Shown here in pieces: positions 61,672 to 64,000 of a stretch of 64,000 nucleotides of DNA. Numbering within the stretch: position 1 is the first letter of the stretch; each line of letters opens with the position of its first letter. This DNA is from Podarcis tiliguerta (lineage: Eukaryota): assembly GCA_965153285.1 (NCBI GenBank), contig OZ229117.1; one strand, given 5' to 3'. The position numbers were made by a program, and so were the translations under genes. A model generated the notes under the pieces. It saw only the letters and a list, made by a program, of their open reading frames with translations, was not told the DNA's origin and made no database searches.

Positions 61672-61839
61672 AAACTCTCGAAGGTCTAAGGCAGGGGAAG
61701 GTCATTCCTATCAGCTGCTACCTGTTTCTCACAGTTCCCCACCCTCAGCTTCCAGTTCAACCCACCTTGATGGGCTTGGAGACAGAGAATTGGCCCATCC
61801 GTATTAAACAAGAACCATGCGAGGGTCTGGCACACCCAC

Positions 61840-61984
61840 CTGGGGGAGCTTCTTCCACCACGTGCCCAGCAAACACAGCCTGCCGGAAGAGGGGCCGGTT
61901 GTCATTCTGGTCCATGACCAGAATCTCCAGGTCTGTGGGATCCTCCAGTGGAACTCCACTCAGGTCTAGTGCAAAGGCCCTGAG
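61840..61984 (-). CDS. CDH15: CDH15 exon, 145 bp (EC1-EC2)
   Basis: LRAFALDLSGVPLEDPTDLEILVMDQNDNRPLFRQAVFAGHVVEEAPP; the FAL (not HAV) motif is typical of M-cadherin; cccag|..|gtgggt. Confidence 0.95.
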
Positions 61985-62739
61985 CTGGGCATGGGCAAAG
62001 CAAGAGGCGCCAAGTTATTATCAGGTGATCATCAAGATAAGCCGAGTTCTGTCTTATAAGATCCACACATAACCAGGGAGACTGTCCCCTTCAAGATCCA
62101 CAATAAGTATCTTTGATCAAAAGCACTGTTTTTGTGCAACATTCACAAATGCATGCATGATGACCCCAAATTAGGAACTGGGGATGTACAGCTTTGGGCT
62201 GCCCAAAATGATGTCCCACAGCTCCAGAAGAATGTCCTCTATGAAATGACATTGCTATTGAGCCCAGCCTAATGCTTTGTTTGGGTGAAGGACGCTATCA
62301 GGCATGGCACCCCCAGTAGGTAGAAAATAATTTTTGAGAATCTCGAAGGTGACCATTTCCTGAGAGAGATAATATGGGGCAGCTCTGAGAACTTTAGTTC
62401 CTTTTTCAGTTTTCTGACTGAGCAGGGTTTCAAACTTTTGGGCAAATAAGGAACTGGCAACCAGCCACCAACTTCACCACTGTCTCTGACTACTCAGTTG
62501 GTCTACCAGTTGAATTGCAGCACAGGCTTGTTCCTCACTTCCTGCCCCCTGCCATGACCCTGCCCCTCCCCCCACTTTGGAACAAGGCACTCACTTGTCT
62601 GTCTCCACTCACAGTCTGTGTCCTGCCCTCCTTGCTGACTGGGGTGTGAATTGCCTTCTGCTTGGGAGGTGAGAGACAACTGCTTGATGGCCAAACTTAT
62701 CTGCCCTTTGGCTTATCGATTCTTGGGCCAGATTTTACA

Positions 62740-62820
62740 TTTAGCTGTGATTCCTGCATTGCAGGGGCTGGACTTGTTGACCCTTGGGGTCCCTTCCAAC
62801 TCTACAGTTCTATGATTCTT
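62740..62820 (+). mobile_element. Short CR1 3' end
   Basis: GATTCCTGCATTGCAGGGG..GGGTCCCTTCCAACTCTACAGTTCTATGATTCT, same tail as 9945-10027; a reverse copy lies at ~28265-28335. Confidence 0.75.
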
Positions 62821-63079
62821 CCATCCTTAAAATATTCTGCGTCTGGAAACTCTCATCAGCTCCAGCCAGCTTGGCCTGTGGCTAGGCATGACGGTAACCC
62901 AACAGCTCGGACATCTCAGGTTTGGCGGAGTCTACTCAAGGAAATACATTTTGCACATGCTCAGAAGCACCTTACCATCATCACTACCACCATTTGCATG
63001 TGTTCCGGAGCTCAGCCCTGACATTTAAAACACCCTCCGGAGCTGCAATGAAGCGTGAAGCAAGTTGGGCTTTCCTTAC

Positions 63080-63235
63080 CCGAAAGCGTTCATTCTTTTC
63101 CCGGTCCAGCACAGTATTGAGGTAGACTTTCCCATTGCGTTTATCGATGGAGAACACACCCTTGGGATCTTCATCCACTCCTGGACCCTTGATGCTGTAG
63201 ATCACACCTCCGGGCTGCTGCTTGTCTGATTTAAT
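63080..63235 (-). CDS. CDH15: CDH15 exon, 156 bp (EC1); earlier exons lie beyond the window end
   Basis: IKSDKQQPGGVIYSIKGPGVDEDPKGVFSIDKRNGKVYLNTVLDREKNERFR; tgtag|..|gtaagg. Confidence 0.95.
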
Positions 63236-63359
63236 CTACAGAAGGGAGATTAACCCTGTGTGCTGGGAGAGGGCCGGCACCTCCCCTGCTCCTGCCCACA
63301 GGTGCTGCCCTTCCCCCCCTCTGTACCCAGATGTGACTTAAATCCCAACCAGGCTCAGG

Positions 63360-63535
63360 GACATAGAAGGCTGCCTGATTCCATCTAGCACGATATTATC
63401 TCTACACTAACTGGCAGTGGCTCTCCAGGGGGATTCAGGCAGGGAGTCTTTCTAAGTCCTGCTCGGAGATGCCGCTGGGGGTTGAACCTGGGAGCACTTT
63501 CTGCACGCAAAGCAGATGCTCTGCCACTGAGCCAG
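63360..63535 (-). mobile_element. tRNA-derived SINE
   Basis: Reverse strand: GGCTCAGTGGCAGAGCATCTGCTTTGC..CCCAGGTTCAACCCCCAGCGGCATCTCC..AGACTCCCTGCCTGAA..CTGGAGAGCCACTGCCAGT. Confidence 0.75.
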
Positions 63536-63793
63536 GATCCTTTTTCGATGCATGGCGCAATGAAAGGCTTGATGCACGGTGCAACGTCCTTGGAAGGTGA
63601 GGGCCAGGTTTCCTGTGAATGCATGTGCTGTTGTGCAAGGAGGGGCTGCCACGTGGGTGCCTGCAAGCCGCAGGTGTGGGGGAGCCTGCTGTGGCAAATG
63701 GAGCTGTGCCTTCACCATAACAAAGGCCACACACACATATTCAGTGCTTACGGTCAACATTCATGGTGTAATGAACCGGTGTGGCTGTAGGTG

Positions 63794-64000
63794 AAGAAGA
63801 GTTTGGATTTGATATCCCGCTTTATCACTACTCTAAGGAGTCTCAAAGCGGCTAACATTCTCCTTTCCCTTCCTCCCCCACAACAAACACCCTGTGAGGT
63901 GAGTGAGGCTGAGAGACTTCAGAGGAGTGTGACTGGCCCATGGTCACCCAGCAGCTGCATGTGGAGGAGCAGGGAATCTAACCCGGTTCACCAGATTACG
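63794..64000 (-). mobile_element. MIR/Squam3-like tRNA-CORE SINE, cut by the window end
   Basis: ATATCCCGCTTT..CTCAAAGCGGCT..CACAACAAACACCCTGTGAGGTGAGTGAGGCTGAGAG..GTGACTGGCCCA.GGTCACCCAG..GGGAATCTAACCCGG. Confidence 0.78.

Overview
Vertebrate genomic DNA, most likely from a squamate reptile (lacertid-like lizard, inferred from a Sauria SINE and tRNA-derived SINEs plus abundant CR1/L2/L1/hAT/Tc1-mariner repeats). It is syntenic with human 16q24.3 and holds three intron-containing genes. (1) The 3' part of ANKRD11 on + (nine coding exons, 11230-30940, including a 6785-bp giant exon; the first coding exons lie upstream of the window). (2) A complete SLC22A31-type orphan SLC22/MFS transporter on + (nine exons, 42926-52219, 1800 nt = 599 aa, starting in a CpG island). 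(3) The 3' part of CDH15/M-cadherin on - (twelve exons, 63235 down to 53268). All called exons have GT-AG boundaries and join in frame. There is a 155-N assembly gap at 31891-32045. No prokaryote-type system (CRISPR, operon) is present, and I cannot demonstrate a wholly new biological system. The best leads are RNA-processing features: an 83-bp inverted duplication bracketing SLC22A31 exon 6; a candidate in-frame 33-nt microexon and nearby poison-exon candidates in an ANKRD11 intron; back-to-back poly(A) signals for SLC22A31 and CDH15; an open read-through of the ANKRD11 giant exon ending at ATTAAA; a Pumilio-element cluster in the distal ANKRD11 3' region; and an Ala/Thr coding repeat in ANKRD11. 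Human comparisons are from memory, not from a search.
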